Positions 61,021 to 64,000 of a stretch of 64,000 nt of DNA are shown here, one piece after another. How positions within the stretch are numbered: the stretch's first letter is position 1; each line of letters starts with the position of its first letter. The position numbers and the translations under genes are program-made. The stretch is from NCBI RefSeq assembly GCF_009914755.1, contig NC_060939.1. The stretch is one strand, 5' to 3'. This DNA is from the human T2T-CHM13v2.0 reference genome, Homo sapiens. The notes beneath the pieces were generated by a model, which was not told where the DNA came from, did not search any database, and was given only the letters and a program-made list of their open reading frames with translations.

Positions 61021-63824
61021 ATGATTTTTCATGTACTAACAAGAAACAAAACATTGCTGTAAAATTGATTTGTATGTATACTTTCTATATTTTTCTTTTT
61101 CCTGCTTTTCTCTAAGTTTTTAAGGCCATGCATTTTCTTCACAGTATGAGGTATGAAGGTATCTCCTAACAGTTATTGTATTCTCACTATTTTTTTCCTT
61201 TATATTAGAATATCAATACAGATTAGGAGGCCTGATTCCTTTAACTAATTCACCAGACCTTCTCCAACATTTTAATTTATTCTTTTTTAAGCTTACAAAA
61301 CACACTATATTTTTTTCCTGAAATTTTGTTTCTTCTAAGTAGCTATATAACTGATGCTGATTTGAAGTTTTTCTTTAAAAGAAGATTGAAATTTATTTGT
61401 AGTTTTACTCTGAATCAAAAATCATATTTTAATTCATTTCCTTGTGATACATTTTTTCTTATATCTTTCCTGTGAATCATTTACTTATCTCATTCGTAAT
61501 CATCATAAAAATTAGAATGCCTACAAGAACAGAGCCATATAGAAGTCAGAGTAGGTATAAAATAGCAAGTATGTATTTTCATATCACTGTTTATATGTTG
61601 TAAAATACCAGTAGAATTATTTTCTACAGTTCTCAATGCTTCCTTTCACCAGTGAAGATCTATAGAAAACATTTGCATGATTGGCACGTGTATTAGAATG
61701 TGATTTCACTTTCTTCTTAATTATGGAAAGAAGATCAGGAATTATTTCTACTTATTTTCTCTCCTCCATATTGCTTGAAGTAACTTTAGGGTTGGAAGTG
61801 ATTTCTGATCCATTATGAAAAAGTAGGATAATATTTCTGTACTTACGTATTTTCAATTTGAGTTAAAGCAGATTTTTAATGTGATTTATTATTTTAAAAG
61901 TAAGAGAGTGGTTTATCCCTATAATCTTTTGCAAAAATAACCTATTACAATACAAAAATACTTCAAAAATAATACCCTCCAATTTATTTTCTCTTTGCCA
62001 CGAAGGGGTTCCTCTCTATATGCTAATGTTTCCAAAGAAAACTTCTCCATTGGTGACCAAAGAGAGAAACACAAAGTCATGTGAACATCTAATTCAGTGC
62101 TGAAGAAACAACAGAAAACATTACCTCTTAGCTAATGAGTGATGCTGGTATTTTTACCTTTAATACTACAAATGATGTCGAAGAATTAGAAGCAGGCCAA
62201 GTTCTTGTTGCTTACAGAAGTCTCTTTCAAAAGAGAGCTGTTAGCATCTTCCATTTCAAACTGGTGCCAAATGCACAGCATTATTATTTTGTCCTAAGCT
62301 GAATGGGAACTTTTTGGTAACCATCACCTGTGTTGATGTTTGAAGGGAAGTTATGCTAGTGGAAGAATCCAAGGGATATAAAATTTGTCTTCATTGGGAC
62401 TATTTTTGCAATTCTGTTTTTCAGTAAGGACAATTATCTGTGAGAAGCTCTTGCAAATTACTGAATTAATTCTGTTGTATAAGTAGCTACTATAATCAGC
62501 CACACACTTTTCCTTAAAATCTTCCTTTAGGATGAGGACTTGTGTACATGTAATGTGTGTGTGTATGTGTGTGTGTGTGATACTGAGAGGCATCAAGTTA
62601 CGGAAATGGTTGAGATGGTAAGGAGTGGCTAAGAAGAAGAAATAGAATAGGATATCATAGTTTTTTAGTGGAATTATACCTGTGTGTGGTATTTAATTCT
62701 CAGTCCCAAATTCTACTTTCAAGTAGAGCAAAAGGCTTACATCAAATGTGAACTCTTTGCTTTTGGCCATTGCCCACTGTCATGTCTGAATTTCAAAAAC
62801 ACATTTACATTCCACACTCATCTTAGGGTTCAATTGCATACCACTCAAAATTGTTTCTGATATATTTTTTTAAAAAATGTGTTTTAAGACTGCAGTTTTC
62901 CCTCAGAGACTCCTAATCTTAGGGGAGGTCTTTGCTTTTGCATGTGCGTGCCATGATTCCATGACAAAAGAAATAAAAAGAAAGACTAAACACAGCCAAG
63001 GCTGGACCTAGACACGTGGGTGCCTCCAGACTAATAATTTGGTATCATTTCAAAATGAATTTTAAAATATTTATTTAACATTTACTTAAAGATGTAGGGA
63101 TACTCTGATTTTATATTAGTAAAAACATATATAGAAATAGATTTATGTATTAATTCACTTTGCTACCCAAAAGATAAAAGTCTGAAAAAAAAAATAGGAG
63201 ACAAACATTTCCTGCTTTCCTATAGCTCTTATTCTGTCCTCTGTTCTTTTGTGATTATCCAAACCAGACAACTTCTTGGCAAGCTTATTAAAGATTTAGA
63301 TAATGAAAGAAATTCCTCAGTTCCATGAACAGCATTGTGCTGCTCAATTTTTTGGTCTCTGAGTTTCAGCTGCCAGCTACTGCTGTCTTTTGGCTGACTG
63401 CAATTGCATGTGTGTGTTGCAAAATTATTCAGCAGAGGCATGTCCTTGTGGATGAGGACTCTTTACATTTCCATCGGAAGCACTGTCCGCTTCAGCTGAA
63501 CTTGGACAATTTGTATTTGTCATTACATAAAAAGTCACTTAAGAAAATCTTACTCAGCAAGCCTCCCATTTCTGATGGATTCTACAGATATTCTAATGCC
63601 TCCATATCAGCGCTTCAGGTAACAGTCTAGATGGCCTACCCCTCGTCGGATTTTGTATCTGGCATTTAGCAACTCTTCTTTCTGGTGACTATCTTTATCC
63701 AAAAGCCAGTTGTCTGACTGTTTTATTCTAAACTTAATTTGCCTTTTTCAAACGTGACTTTTTATTTTACTTTCTTCTTTATTAGCTTTTAATACAGGAA
63801 AGGCAAAGGAAAGCATTATAAAAA

Positions 63825-63985
63825 GCGTAAGTTTAGGAGTCAGATGTAGCAATAAATGCTGAATTTGCCCATCTCTACCCCACGAGTCTTGACAAACCAT
63901 TTTAGCCTCCCTGCTTTCAGCTTTTATCATTTGTAAGGTAGAGATACTAACACTAGCCTTGCAAAGTTGTTGGGAAGATTAGCAA
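63825..63985 (+). mobile_element. MIR SINE
   Basis: GGAGTCAGA...TCAGCTTTTATCATTTGTAAGGTAGAGATACTAA...GTTGTTGGGAAGATTA. Confidence 0.75.
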
Positions 63986-64000
63986 CACTTAATCTCCATG

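Overview
This is primate (human-like) nuclear DNA, AT-rich and CpG-depleted, with no CpG island. It is not microbial. It is dominated by interspersed repeats: 18 Alu/FLAM pieces, several L1s, a Tigger1 split by a ~7 kb full-length old L1PA, MER2, MER5, MER63, MADE2, MaLR/ERV LTRs, MIR and L2. I recognise no protein-coding gene, RNA gene or CRISPR array. The protein-like ORFs in the supplied track are decayed L1, Tigger1 or Alu sequence, and most of the rest look like chance ORFs. The context is intronic or intergenic; several splice-site-bounded, frame-compatible candidate exons on both strands may belong to lncRNAs or an unrecognised gene. I see no convincing new biological system. The most unusual structures directly visible are DNA repair and retrotransposition scars: (1) a ~257 bp inverted, locally templated copy inserted cleanly into an AluJ, whose template is itself a mosaic of downstream sequence; (2) a second ancient inverted duplication flanking the Tigger1; (3) a tiny twin-primed L1; (4) a tailless Alu; (5) two Alus stacked in one target site; (6) a sharp switch in Alu orientation near 47-50 kb. 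Repeat subfamily names come from recalled consensus sequences and need RepeatMasker/Dfam confirmation. Boundaries of old repeats are approximate.
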